The position numbers and the translations under genes are program-made. A stretch of DNA of 64,000 nt from Balamuthia mandrillaris. Lineage: Eukaryota. The stretch covers positions 62,001 to 126,000 of the forward strand of contig JAVKOQ020000056.1 in the NCBI GenBank assembly GCA_031835245.2, written 5' to 3'. Positions 25,971 to 37,259 of the stretch are shown here, piece by piece. A model generated the notes under the pieces. That model had not been told where the DNA came from. It made no database searches and saw only the letters and a list, made by a program, of their open reading frames with translations. Within the stretch, counting starts at the first letter, position 1. Each line of letters opens with the position of its first letter.

Positions 25971-28339
25971 ATGTATCCAACCTGGTTCTCTCGTGGCATC
26001 AACTACAGGTTTCCCTTCGGGCGGTGGTTTGGGGGTAGAGGGCGGCCTTCCGCTTTCCTTCTCCTGGTTCTTCTCTTCGTCGGTGCCTTCGTTCTGTTGG
26101 GGTTGATCAGTCAAGCGGTGCCACCCCCAGGTGGACCCGATGGTCCTCCATCTCCTCTCGCCTTTCTCAGCGTTGGAGAGAAAGAAGCGGCAGCAAACGA
26201 GGGAAAAGGGGAACAAACAACGCAACAAAAGTTATACAACCTGCACAAACGGTTGTTGGAGTACATTAAAAACAGCCCCTCCTTCGACGATAGTTTGTAG
26301 ACTCTCTGCTTCTTGTGTTCATGATTTCTATCCTCGCTGAACATGATACTCCTATATAAATAGGGCGGATGAAGGGAAGAGGAATTGTCATTTCCGGCGG
26401 CGGGCAAAGTTACCTTCCGTTTCTGTACAGCTTGTTGAACCACATTCGTCAGGAGATCAAGTGCGATCTTCCCATTGAAATATGGTACTCTTGTTTAGTT
26501 TTTTCTGCTATTTTGTTCGTCTGTTTCTACTGCTGCTTGCTTCTTCTTCTTGCTTCTTGCTTCTTGTTCTTCTTCTTTGTTGTTCATGTTGTTCTTGTTC
26601 TTGTTCTTGTTCTTGTTCTTGTTCTTGTTCTTGTTCTTGTTCTTGTTCTTATTCTTGTTCTTCTTGTTCTTGTTCTTTTTGTTCTGCTTCTGCTTCTGCT
26701 TCTGCTTCTGCTTCTGCTTCTGCTTCTGCTTCTGCTTCTGCTTCTGCTTCTGCTTCTGCTTCTGCTTCTGCTTCTGCTTCTTGCTTGTTCTTCTTCTTGT
26801 TCTTCTTCTTGTTCTTGTTCTTGTTCTTCTTCTTCTTCTTCTTCTTCTTGTTCATCTTCTTCTTCTGCTTCTTCTTCTTCTTCTTCTGCTTCTTCTGCTT
26901 CTTCTTCTTCTTCTCCCATTCTGTTTCATCTTCTATCAACACCATCAGCTCCTTCTCCTTCCTCTTCATGTGGTTCTTCTTATGCTGACAAACGTGGTGA
27001 TAGGACATTACGAAGCGAGAACTCAATTGAGTGCAACGACCTCCTTGAGAGTAACTTTAGCAATGTGACGGTGAAGGTGATCGAAGACGTAACGTACCCC
27101 GTTAGTGCCAAAGCTTTGGTTCCACTTATGTCGAAAGTGAAGCGGTTGTACTTTTTGAAGGTGTTCTCCTTAATATCTTCCAGTTTCCGAGAGGTATCTA
27201 TATCAATGCTTCTCCATGTTCTCTCTCTACTTCACACTCTCGCTCTCTCTCTCTCTTACTTCTTCTCTTTGTTCTTCTTGTTCTCTTCTTCTTGTTGTTC
27301 TTGTTCTTCTGCTCCTGCTCCTTCTCTGTTGATCTCTTCGGTTTTGCTGCTAGGTATTAGTGTTGGATGCGGACTGCGTGCCGATGGAAGACCCAGTTAA
27401 CCTGTTCGAGTCTCCAAGCTTCGTCCAGCACGGCAACATGTTTTGGACCGATACGCCCCCTCCCTTTAGCAAGAGCGCCTTCTTTGAGGGGACCGGCTTC
27501 AAGCGAACGTGGAAGCTGGAGACGGACAGCGGTCAGATATTCCTGGATAAGAAGAGAACGTGGAAGGGGTTAATGGGGGCGTGGTTCCTCAACCAGGAGG
27601 CTCCGCTGGTGTACAGGTTCGTATTGGGGGACAAGGATACGTTTCCGCTTGGCTTTGATGCTGCTGGAATCCACTTCAACCAGGTACGCGCGGTGTAGCT
27701 TCGCTTGCACTAGCCTCCTCCCCTTCTTGTCTATCTTTTTAGCTTACTTCCATCTTTGTTCTGCTATCGTCATTCCTCTTTCCTTTGTTCTCCTTCCTTC
27801 TCCTCCCTGCTTCCCTTCTTCTCCACGACAACTAGATACTGTCTCCTCGCTCGGGGTGGGGCGGCTACTTTGGCAACCCCAACGTGCCCCACTTTTTCTT
27901 CACCAGCTTTGTCCATTTCAACCCGGACACCCGCGCGCCCGCCTTCTTCCACCACGTCTCCGCCAGGGTGAAGAAACGGATACGGTACCTGACCGCCCGC
28001 CCGCGGCCCCTGTGGGAGAGCGTGTTGGACTACACCGCATTGGGCTTCACTCGGGCGCAGATCAAGCAAAACCCGCCCATCCTCCTGACGGAGGCGGAAG
28101 CCAGGGACCCCAAGCTAGCCCTGCGGATGAGCGGCTGGATCGTGGAGGCCTCCCTGCGGTACCAGCAGGTCTTTCGGCAGTTTGAGCAGAGCTCCTGCTA
28201 TCAGTCCTCCAAGCCCTCCGCCCTGACGGCCTCGCGCCAGCCCTCGCGGTGGCGAAAGGTGGGACTGCTCAAAAAGAAGCCAGCAGCGCAGCTACAGGCA
28301 ACAGCCCAACAAGAAGAAGAAGAGCAGGAGGATGAGTGA
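25971..28339 (+). CDS. GT71 alpha-mannosyltransferase-like (MNN2/MNN5 family) type II membrane protein
   Basis: TM anchor and motifs GRGIVISGG, LPIEIW, LKVFSLISSSFREVLVLDADC (DxD), FWTD, ETDSGQ and GDKDTF. The start codon is uncertain. Confidence 0.85.
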
Positions 28340-28539
28340 ACTGGTGCCTGCCTTTTGTCCCATTTCGTTCTATTTATTTATTATTGAGAAGCTATAGTGG
28401 CCATTAAACGACAACTTTGAGAGAGAGAGAAGTATGAACCGCAAAGTGTGTTTTACTACAATATAAAAGTACAGCATTAAAAAAAAAACCAAAACACAGA
28501 ACAACAAGCAGTAGTAGGCCTTCTCCTTCTTCTTCTGCT

Positions 28540-30981
28540 TCAATAGGTGGACGCGAGCCAATCGTTGGTCGTATAGTAGGTCCCGCTCATGAGCATAGCG
28601 TCGCTGTCGGCGCTCTTGCTGCACTCCTCCCCTTCGCAAAAGCTGTTAAACTCTGCGAACAGGGGAGGGAAGCACTCCTCTTCGTAGTACATCGAGGCGG
28701 AGGCGGAGGCGGAAGAAGGGGCGGAGGAGGAGGGAGGAGAGGAATCGGGGCGATGGAACCAAGAAGCAGCCGCCGCCTCTTCCTCCGGCACCGAAGAAAC
28801 GGGGTGAGCGAAGACGGCGGGAACGATGCCCGATCGGGAACCTTCCACCATCCAGCTGCTATAAGCAGCCTCCTCTTCCTTCTGCTCAAAGTTGCTGTAG
28901 TAGTTATAGTAGTCTTCTAGTTGTTGCTGATGATGGAAAGGTCGAGAAGCAGAGAACTGGTCTTCCTCGGAGGAGACGGAAACAAAAGCAGGAGAGGAGG
29001 AAGGAAGGAAGTGGAGCTGCTCCGAAGAGGAAGGATGCGTCTCTTCGAGGAAAACAACCGAAGGAATGGAAGAAGCCGATCGCATCGTCTCATCATCCTC
29101 GTCGGGACTGCTGCTGTTTCCACCGCTAATGCTGCTTCTGCTTCCGCCATGAACGCTCATCCACAGCAATCCAGCCTCTTCTTCGGTTGCCTCCCAGGAA
29201 CTCTCTTGACCCAACGAAGAGTTGGCAACGGCGTGAACCAAGTTGTGGTTGGAGAAAGAAGAAGAAGAAGTAGCATCGAAGGAAGAGCACGACCAACCAA
29301 AGTCAGAAGTACAAGAGGAGGTGGTAGTGGTGTCGAGACGAACGACGGAAGTGGCGGAGGGAGGGATCTCGACGGACTCCATCTGCAGCTTCACCCTCTC
29401 CGTCTTGAGCTCATCCCTCTTCTTCTTCCTTGACAACAACAATGTCCGCTTCCTTCGCTTCTTCTCCTCCGCTTTCTGGTGCGCTTTATCTCCTTCTTGT
29501 TGTTGGAGATGTTGACTCGTCTTTTCTTCTCCTTCTTGTTGTTGCTTTCTGGAAGATCGTGAAGACGACGATCTCTTCTTGCTGTTCGTTTTCTTTGTCG
29601 TCTTCTTGCTTTTCTTCTTCTTGCTGCTCTTCTCATTGCTGGCTCCTCCTTCAGGCTTCTGAGCTGGTCTCATGAACTGCAATCCAAAGCCGATGTTCAA
29701 CGAACTCACATCCAGCTTTGACATCGGAGAAGAGGAAGCAGGCGACGAAGACGGCGGCGGAGAGGAAGAAGCATTCTGCATCATCGAGGAAGCAGAAGGA
29801 GCAGAAGGCGAAGGCGAAGGAGCCGGCGAAGCAGGAACGATGGGAACGTTGAGAACGACCATGGGAGCGATGGGAGGAGGCAGCTCGGAGGCCAATCGTC
29901 GAATCTCAAAGTCTTTGTCGTGCATCGATGCGGCTGGCGGTTGCTCCGTCTTCACTCGCACCCTCGTTCGAATGCCATCCGTCGAGTCATGAAACGGAAA
30001 GTTAGGATAGCCAGAAGAAGAGGACGTCGACGAGGGAGAGGAGGAAACTGCAGACGAAGGATCGTTATTTCTGTTTCTCTTCTTGGAGGAAGGAGAGGAA
30101 GGAGAAAAGTGGCTCGTCGTCAAGGAAGAAGCTTGCATCATCGGAGACAGCTCAGTGGAGGACGGGTGAATGACGCTGAACGATTGTTGAAGCAGGGCAA
30201 AGCTCTCATCTCCTCTCTCCCCACAGGTAGATGAAGCGGGAGAGAGGGTGACCAGCTCAAAGGAGTGATTGGAGGAAGAGGATACCTCTTCCTCCCCCAA
30301 CAACAAGGAAGCCGGGCTTCTCCACTGCTGGAACGACTCCTCGTAGTAGTGGTGGTGATGGTCCTGGTGCTGCTGCGGCTGAGAGGGAGGAGGAACGCAC
30401 TCAAACGAAGCTGAAGGAGGATAAAAGTGTTCATGCCAAGCGTCCTTTGAGGAAGAAGCAGAAGAATGAATGCCAAACAACGAATCGAGCTCTTGTTCTA
30501 CGTCAGTGAATGAAGCAGAGGAAGCCACAGAGGGGATTTCTCTTCTTTGTTGTGGATGAAGAGGAGAAGGGAGGCTCTGAAGATAGGACAACGCCGATGG
30601 AGGAGCCTGTTGTTGCGGTTGCTGTTGCTGCTGCTGCTGATGTTGCAACGGAGACGAAGAGGAAGAGAAGGAGAGCATCGATCCTAGAGGAACAGAAGAG
30701 GGTTCCACTCCGGATGGAAGGCATGGCGAGGAAGAAGCCGTTTTTTGTTGGAAGCGGAGGGAAGAGGATTGCTGTGGCTTTTTAACGTTGCTGATGACGG
30801 AGGCAGCAGGAAAGGAGGCAGGAAAGGTGAAAGGAAAGGCGGTGGATGTGGTTATGCCTTGCACTCGTTTTTCGTTGGAGGTTTGTTGTTCTTCGTCCTG
30901 TTCTTGTTGTTTAAGGTTGTAACGAAGGTGAAGGCTCTGAAGATATTGTTGGTGATGAAGAGGAAGAAGTTCGGTTTGCAT
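28540..30981 (-). CDS. Uncharacterised intronless Ser/Gln/Pro-rich protein with basic NLS-like clusters
   Basis: 813-aa ATG-initiated ORF between AT-rich flanks, with basic clusters KKKKSKK and KKRRKR. No domain recognised. Confidence 0.65.
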   Translation of the reverse strand: MQTELLPLHHQQYLQSLHLRYNLKQQEQDEEQQTSNEKRVQGITTSTAFPFTFPASFPAASVISNVKKPQQSSSLRFQQKTASSSPCLPSGVEPSSVPLGSMLSFSSSSSPLQHQQQQQQQPQQQAPPSALSYLQSLPSPLHPQQRREIPSVASSASFTDVEQELDSLFGIHSSASSSKDAWHEHFYPPSASFECVPPPSQPQQHQDHHHHYYEESFQQWRSPASLLLGEEEVSSSSNHSFELVTLSPASSTCGERGDESFALLQQSFSVIHPSSTELSPMMQASSLTTSHFSPSSPSSKKRNRNNDPSSAVSSSPSSTSSSSGYPNFPFHDSTDGIRTRVRVKTEQPPAASMHDKDFEIRRLASELPPPIAPMVVLNVPIVPASPAPSPSPSAPSASSMMQNASSSPPPSSSPASSSPMSKLDVSSLNIGFGLQFMRPAQKPEGGASNEKSSKKKKSKKTTKKTNSKKRSSSSRSSRKQQQEGEEKTSQHLQQQEGDKAHQKAEEKKRRKRTLLLSRKKKRDELKTERVKLQMESVEIPPSATSVVRLDTTTTSSCTSDFGWSCSSFDATSSSSFSNHNLVHAVANSSLGQESSWEATEEEAGLLWMSVHGGSRSSISGGNSSSPDEDDETMRSASSIPSVVFLEETHPSSSEQLHFLPSSSPAFVSVSSEEDQFSASRPFHHQQQLEDYYNYYSNFEQKEEEAAYSSWMVEGSRSGIVPAVFAHPVSSVPEEEAAAASWFHRPDSSPPSSSAPSSASASASMYYEEECFPPLFAEFNSFCEGEECSKSADSDAMLMSGTYYTTNDWLASTY

Positions 30982-31950
30982 TGTTGTTGTTGTTTGGTTT
31001 TTTTTTGAGAAAAAGTAAAAAAAAAAGCAGCTATCTGCAGTGGATAAAGACGATAAAAAGGAAGAGAAAACAAAACCACTCCTCTAGTAGTTGTACAGGA
31101 GAGACACAATAGTAGTTGTATGTGCACTGAAAAAAAAATAAAAAAAAAAAAAGAGGAGTTGTTCGTAGTATCCCAAAAAAAAAAGTTTAAAAAAAAAACA
31201 AACAAAGCAGATATCTGCGGATGTGAATACTACAAACAACAACAATAAAATAATGTAATGTTAAAAGAAAAAAAGAGTCGTTTATACCGTGTGTTCCGTT
31301 TCTTCGATGTCCAAAAAAGAAACAGACTTTGCTGTGCTGCGTATCGGGAGGATAGCGTGAAGAGAGGACAGAGGCAAAAAGGTGGAAGAAAGAGAATGCT
31401 TTCTCTTAACACGCTAATTACGAAAATAGCAAAAGCAAGCTCCCCCGTTTTTTAGGATATCGTTTCACTTTCTTTCTAATGTTGCCACTCTGGCTTTTCC
31501 CTGGCATCTCCCAGGCGATAACAAGATGGGGCGCGAGGAGCAACAAACGGTTCGCTGGGCTCCTCCGATCAACGCCTCCCATTTTTTTTCTCCTCTTATA
31601 AAATGATTGGAGAGTTCCGGGAAATTTTTGAATATTAATTATGAATGCTGCGTTGGGATTGGTCCATTTAATCAAATCTCCGGATTTTCCGTAAGATTTC
31701 TGAATAACTCCGCGTAAAGAAAGCCTAAAAAAGACATCACGTCCATTTTTTTGAAAATGAAAGCCACCGTTTCACCTTGATCGCATAGTAACGCATTGGT
31801 TGTCTCGCTCGTCTCCTTGGTGGTATCCCTTGTATCAAGGCTGAACGAAAGAGAGAGAGAAGAGCACGTTCTTTTTTTTTTGTTGATCGTAATATATCTA
31901 TTCCAATACATTACAAATCAAAAGGAATGAATGATTACACGAAATGAAGT

Positions 31951-34612
31951 TCAAGAATAGAGGGCGCTCTTTTGGAGGTTCATTCGCTCGCTGCTGCCTT
32001 TCTTGCTTTCGTCCTCAGCGCAGTCCATGAGGTCGGCCATGGTGATGATGGGCTTCTCCAAGCGAAGGGCCGCCCTGGCGGCCGCCTTGAAGCAGACGTT
32101 CTTGATGTTGCCGCCGGCGAAAGCAAAGGTGTTGGCCAGCTGCTTAAAGTCGACGTCCTTGTCCAAAGGAGCGTGTGGAGGCACGTGCGAACGCCACAAC
32201 TGAAAAAGAAAGAAGCAAGAAAGGAGGGAAACATGAGGAAGAGTTTCGAGAGAAAGAAAGAAGAAAGAAAAAGAAAGAAAGAAAGAAAGAGAGGGGAGAG
32301 GAGAGCAAGAGCGAGAGAACGGCAACTAAAGAAAGAGGGGCACAATACCTTTTCTCTGAGCTTCACGTCGGGAACAGGAAACTCCACCATGAACCTCAAC
32401 CGCCTATAGAAGGCCGAATCTATCGCATCCACCAAGTTGGTAGTCAATATCACGATCCCTGGGAAGTGCTCCATGTGATAGAGCAACAGCCCAACGTCGA
32501 GGTTGGCATACCGATCGGTGGAGGAGGAGGTGGTCGCGGCTCGCGTGCCAAAGAGGCTCTCCGCCTCGTCAAAGACGAGAATGGCGTCCAACGTTTTGGC
32601 CTCCTTGAAGACGGCCTCTATGTTCTTGCCGGTCTCGCCGACGTACTTGCTGACGAGCTCGGCGCAATTGATGACCTTGAGGGGTTTGCCGGTCTCGAAG
32701 CCTACCGCCTCTCTATTGTTCGTTGTTTTGTTGTTAGATCAGGTGGATAGAGAAAGAAAGAGGAGAATAAGCAAAGAAGAAATGGAAGAATGAGGGTGAT
32801 GAAAGATAGAAGAAAGACTGACGCAGCAAGTGTTTTGCCAACGCCAGGACTGCCGTAGAAGAGAACGGTGGTGCCTTGGTCATTGCACATCTTCTCCGAG
32901 TATCCCCACTGGCCAAACAGAACTTGCCTCGCTTTCTCGTAGTTGATGATCTCTTGAATGCTTTTGATGACCGAGTCGGAAGTTATCAAGTCTTCAATTC
33001 CTCTGGTAGGAACCACGCGTCGATCAAAGTCGACCATGCAGAGCCTTCCTCTAAGCTGAAGCCGAGAGCCTGCCTCCAAATCCGCTTGTGTGATCAGCAC
33101 GTTGTCCTTTTGTCGCTCACTGTCAGAAACAATTACGGTAGAAGGTAGAAGGAAGAGAGAAGAGAGAAGGGAGAAGAGAAGAGAGAGGAAAAGAAAAGAA
33201 AAGAAAGAGCGAAATGAAATACCGGATCACGATTGACAGCAGTGGAGAGAGCGCTGAGAACAGCATTCTTGATGAAGCCACCGGACAATTCGTACTTAAT
33301 TGCCAAGGTCTTCCAGTCTATGCCATCTTCCATCTTCATGGCGCTTGGGATATGCGCCCTCCAGATCTTTTGACGAAGAAGGGGATCCGGCTGCCTAAAC
33401 TCGATGGCCAACGTGATTCTGCGATGCATAGCTTCATCCAAGTCAAACGCACGATTCGTTGCCTAGTCATTTCAAACCGTTAGAGAAGAAGAACAAGAAG
33501 AAGAAGAGGAGAAAGAAGAAAGGAACCATGATGATGAGTCCGTCGTGTCTTTCGATTTCAGTGAGGAGAAGGTTGACTTCTCTGCCACCCTTTTCTCTCG
33601 AAAGGAATATTTGCTCGCACTCATCAAAGAAGAGAATGCTATCTGTAAGTTTCGCCTTTTGTTGCGTCGAAAAGAGTCGTCAGTATTTTAAATAAAAAAA
33701 CACCTACTGCTCTTAACTATAAAACTGAAAAGAAGAAAGAAGAAGAACAAGAAGAAGAACAAGAAGGAGGAGGAGGAGGAGGAAAAGGCATACCTCTCGG
33801 AAAATAAACTTGATAACTTCATCAGCAAAATCACCTCCCAAAGAGGTAAAGTTGATGAGCAGTATTTTCTTTCCAAGAGTGTTGCCCAAAGCATTTGCCA
33901 TCATTGTTTTACCAGTTCCTATATTACATCCCCGTTAAAAGGATTGAACATAAGCAAAGACGAAGACGAAGATGAAGAAGAACAAGAGAGAAACAACAAA
34001 CCAGAAGGTCCAAAGAACAATAACAGAATGCCATTGCCATATGAAATGACGTCCTCGAAACCAAGGTCCTTTCTGAACTTTTTGTAGAGCTCAAACCCTC
34101 TAACAGTGTCCAGAATGAGCTTCTTGGAATCGTCCGGAAGAACAACTAATTTATAATATGAACAGTCAGCAACGAAACAAGGATCGACAACAGGAAGGAG
34201 AGAGAGAGAGAGAGAGAGAGAAGCAGAACCTTGATCCACTTTAACTTTAGGAAAGTATGAGTGGGAGCCCTCCACCAGCTCGTTGAACTCTGTGTCCAAC
34301 CCGACAATAAAGTCCAACATCCTCCGGTCCAGCTCCACTTTGACGTTCATGAGGTCGCCCCAACGTTCGCTCAGGCGGACGACGCCTTCCTTTACCAACG
34401 TGCCGGCCTTGTAGAAGTAGGGCCGCGCGCGGATCTCCTCCTCAAAGCCCTTGCAGAAGAGCTGGAGGAGAGTGCCAACGGTAAAACCGCTGGAGCGAGC
34501 GCCCGTGAGATAGTCGTAGTTGAGGTTGTTGATTTCTTGGCTGATGACTCCACCGACCAAAGTTAGCACAACAACCTTTGGTTGTAAAAAGGAGTTAGAC
34601 AGGAACAGGAAG

Positions 34613-34656
<44 letters not shown>

Positions 34657-36500
34657 ACCTTTTCAAAGTCGTCCATGCCACAAGCCTTTGCCAGTCGTTC
34701 CAAACGAGGAAGCCATTCGCCGTTTTGCTTCGTTATAGCAAGTCGCTTCTCACATTTCGCCTATGCAAAAGAAGAAATAAGATCCGTTTAATAGAGCTAT
34801 ACAAGAAGAAGAAAGCAAAGAAGAAATGAAGAAGGATCAAACCTTGAGCATACGCTCCTTGGCTCGAAGCTCACGCAACTGAGTTTCGGTTTGGGAACTA
34901 TCGTTGTAGGCATAACCAAACGCATCTTCCGTCCTGACCGACATTCTCTTTATCTTCAACTTGGTTGCTATCCATTTTATCTGCAAAAACAAAAAAAACG
35001 AGTGTTAAGTAAACAGAGAACAAGCAAAGAAGAGAAGAGCCCAACGAGACAACGAAAGAAAGAGAGAACAGCAAAGAGAAAAAGATACCTGATCGTCCAA
35101 GTACTCCACATCGGTTTTGTAGGGGGTTATCTCTTTGGTAAAGTCATCATTCCTATCGGAACCGATCTCCTTTTCTTCGCTGAGAAACTGCAGCGTCAGC
35201 TTTGGAGCTTCTTGCTGTGGACCGCCTTCGGCAGAGGAAGAGGAAGCGGCTTTGCCCTTGTCCTGCTGTGCCTGTTGTCGCAACAGCTCGAACAAGTCTC
35301 TATCGTTGGACTTGTCAGTTGGTGCTGCTGTTGTTTCTTGGGTGGAGGCCTCTTCAGAAGAGGGAGCTTTGTTGGGGGAAGCAAGAACAGTCTCGACTGG
35401 CAAAGAAGAAGCAGGGGAGGTAGGAGTTGCTGTGTCTTCAACCGTTACTTTTTCCTTTTCCTTCTCCTTTGTGCCTTCTCCTTCTTCTTCTTTAGCGTTG
35501 GAAGGAGAAGCAGCAGCAGAGGTGGAACCGTTGTTCTTCTTGTTATAGCGCGTCTCTTCTTCAACGATTTCGGAGAGCTTTGTCTTGTCGATCTTGAGAA
35601 GTTCGGTCTGAGTCAGTTCAGCTCCCGTTAACACCGCCAATGTTTCCTATGTGCGTTGTTTATGAGTTATGCAAACATGAAAAGCAACAACAGATGAAGG
35701 AAGAAGGAAGAAGGAAGAAAGAAAAAGGAAGAAGAAGAACAGCAACCAAGAAGAACAACAAGTACCTGAGGAATGTCAATATAGTCATTAACCATAGGGT
35801 TGATCTTATCAACCACGAACAGGCCCTGCACGATGTGCAGCCGGGAGCGCCTAATGAAGGCCATTGCCTCGTTGACGTTCATCCCGGAGTAGTAGAGCAG
35901 GGCCTCGAAGCTGTAGCGCCTCATCACGTGCATCCTCCGGCCGATCCTGGCGGCTGTGATGTTGGAGTTGGTGTCAGCGCGGAAGAACTCCTGCCCGACC
36001 ATCGCGAGGACGATGTAGGTCAACCCTTTCTTCTCCTTCTCCGTCAGGCCGAGCTTATTGCCCAGTCGAACCAGTCGAGGGAGCAGCGGACGATCGTCCT
36101 CCGCAGCGGGAGAGGAAGATGCGTCGGCGTCAGGGGACGGTCGGTGAAGCTGTAACTTGGCCTCAAGGATCTGCTCGGTGCGCTGCAAAAGGGCCTCGAG
36201 CTTCGAGATGTTTTGGAGGATGAGGGCGCGGTCGGGGGACTTTGTGTCACCACCGCCCTGCTCCAGGTGGCGATAGCCGCGCTCGAAGAGGAGGAACTGC
36301 AGGGAGAGCATGTGCTTCTTGAGGCAGTGGCAGAGCTCCTGCGTGTTGAGGTAGTCCAGCTCGTCCTTGAAAGGGCGGCTCTCGTCCAACCCCCTCAGCT
36401 GCCGTTTGAGGGTGACGGAGAGGAGATCGGTCAGCGTTTCGTTGGTGGACAGCACATCGTCTATCCATTCTGCGTGAGAGGAAGCGGGACCTTGGGCCAT
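31951..36500 (-). CDS. Tandem AAA+ ATPase (two AAA modules), multi-exon
   Basis: AAA1: GPSGTGKT, ILFFDECE and DEAMHRR. AAA2: GSPGVGKT, ILVFDEAESLFG, DRYAN and ILTTNLVDAIDSAFYRR. Confidence 0.9.
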
Positions 36501-37259
36501 TCTTAGTTGCACTGTGTGGTTTGTTCAGCGGAACTTGAAAATATATAAAAGAAAAAGCAACGATAAGAGAAAAAGCAAACGACAGAGAAAGTATCAGAGG
36601 TGGGTAATGCTTTTCTTTTTCTTCTCCTTTTCTTTTTCGTTGTATCGCGTCCCTTCCATTATTGCCGACATCAGCGAAAAAAAAGCAGGTGGTTCACCAA
36701 TCCAAAATCAGAAAATAAATAATGATTAAACAAATCATCCAGTCGCAATTCAAACAGAGAGCGAGATCAGTAATTTGGAGAGCTTGGATATTTTGAGGGG
36801 TCTTTGTTCACCAACAATATTAAAAAGGTTATTTTGATTTTTGGTTGGTGGTTTGAAAAGAAGACCAAAAATTCAAAGAACAAATCGTAATAGAGCAACA
36901 AGCATTAAACTAACAAATAAAATGCTTGTTTATGGTAAGTTAAACCTCTGATATGATTTTTGATTGGTGGTTTATCGGTAACTGATCACAGCATGGAACG
37001 ATTTTAGATTTTAGGTCGACAAGTTGGCCTGAGGAGCATTTGATAAGTTCGAATCTTTTTTTTTTGCTGCTGAGGAGGTTGGCAGCAGCGGCAGGCAGTG
37101 CGTGGTTCCTTTTGTTGTTGGTTTTCCTCTTCTTCCTTCTTCTTCCTTGTTCTTCTTTTTTTTTCGCTTCGCAAAGGTCCACTCGAGAAGGGAGAGAAGG
37201 GGGGGAGGATAACCTTGTGTGACACGACACGCACGCACAGAAAAAAAATCAAAACAAAA

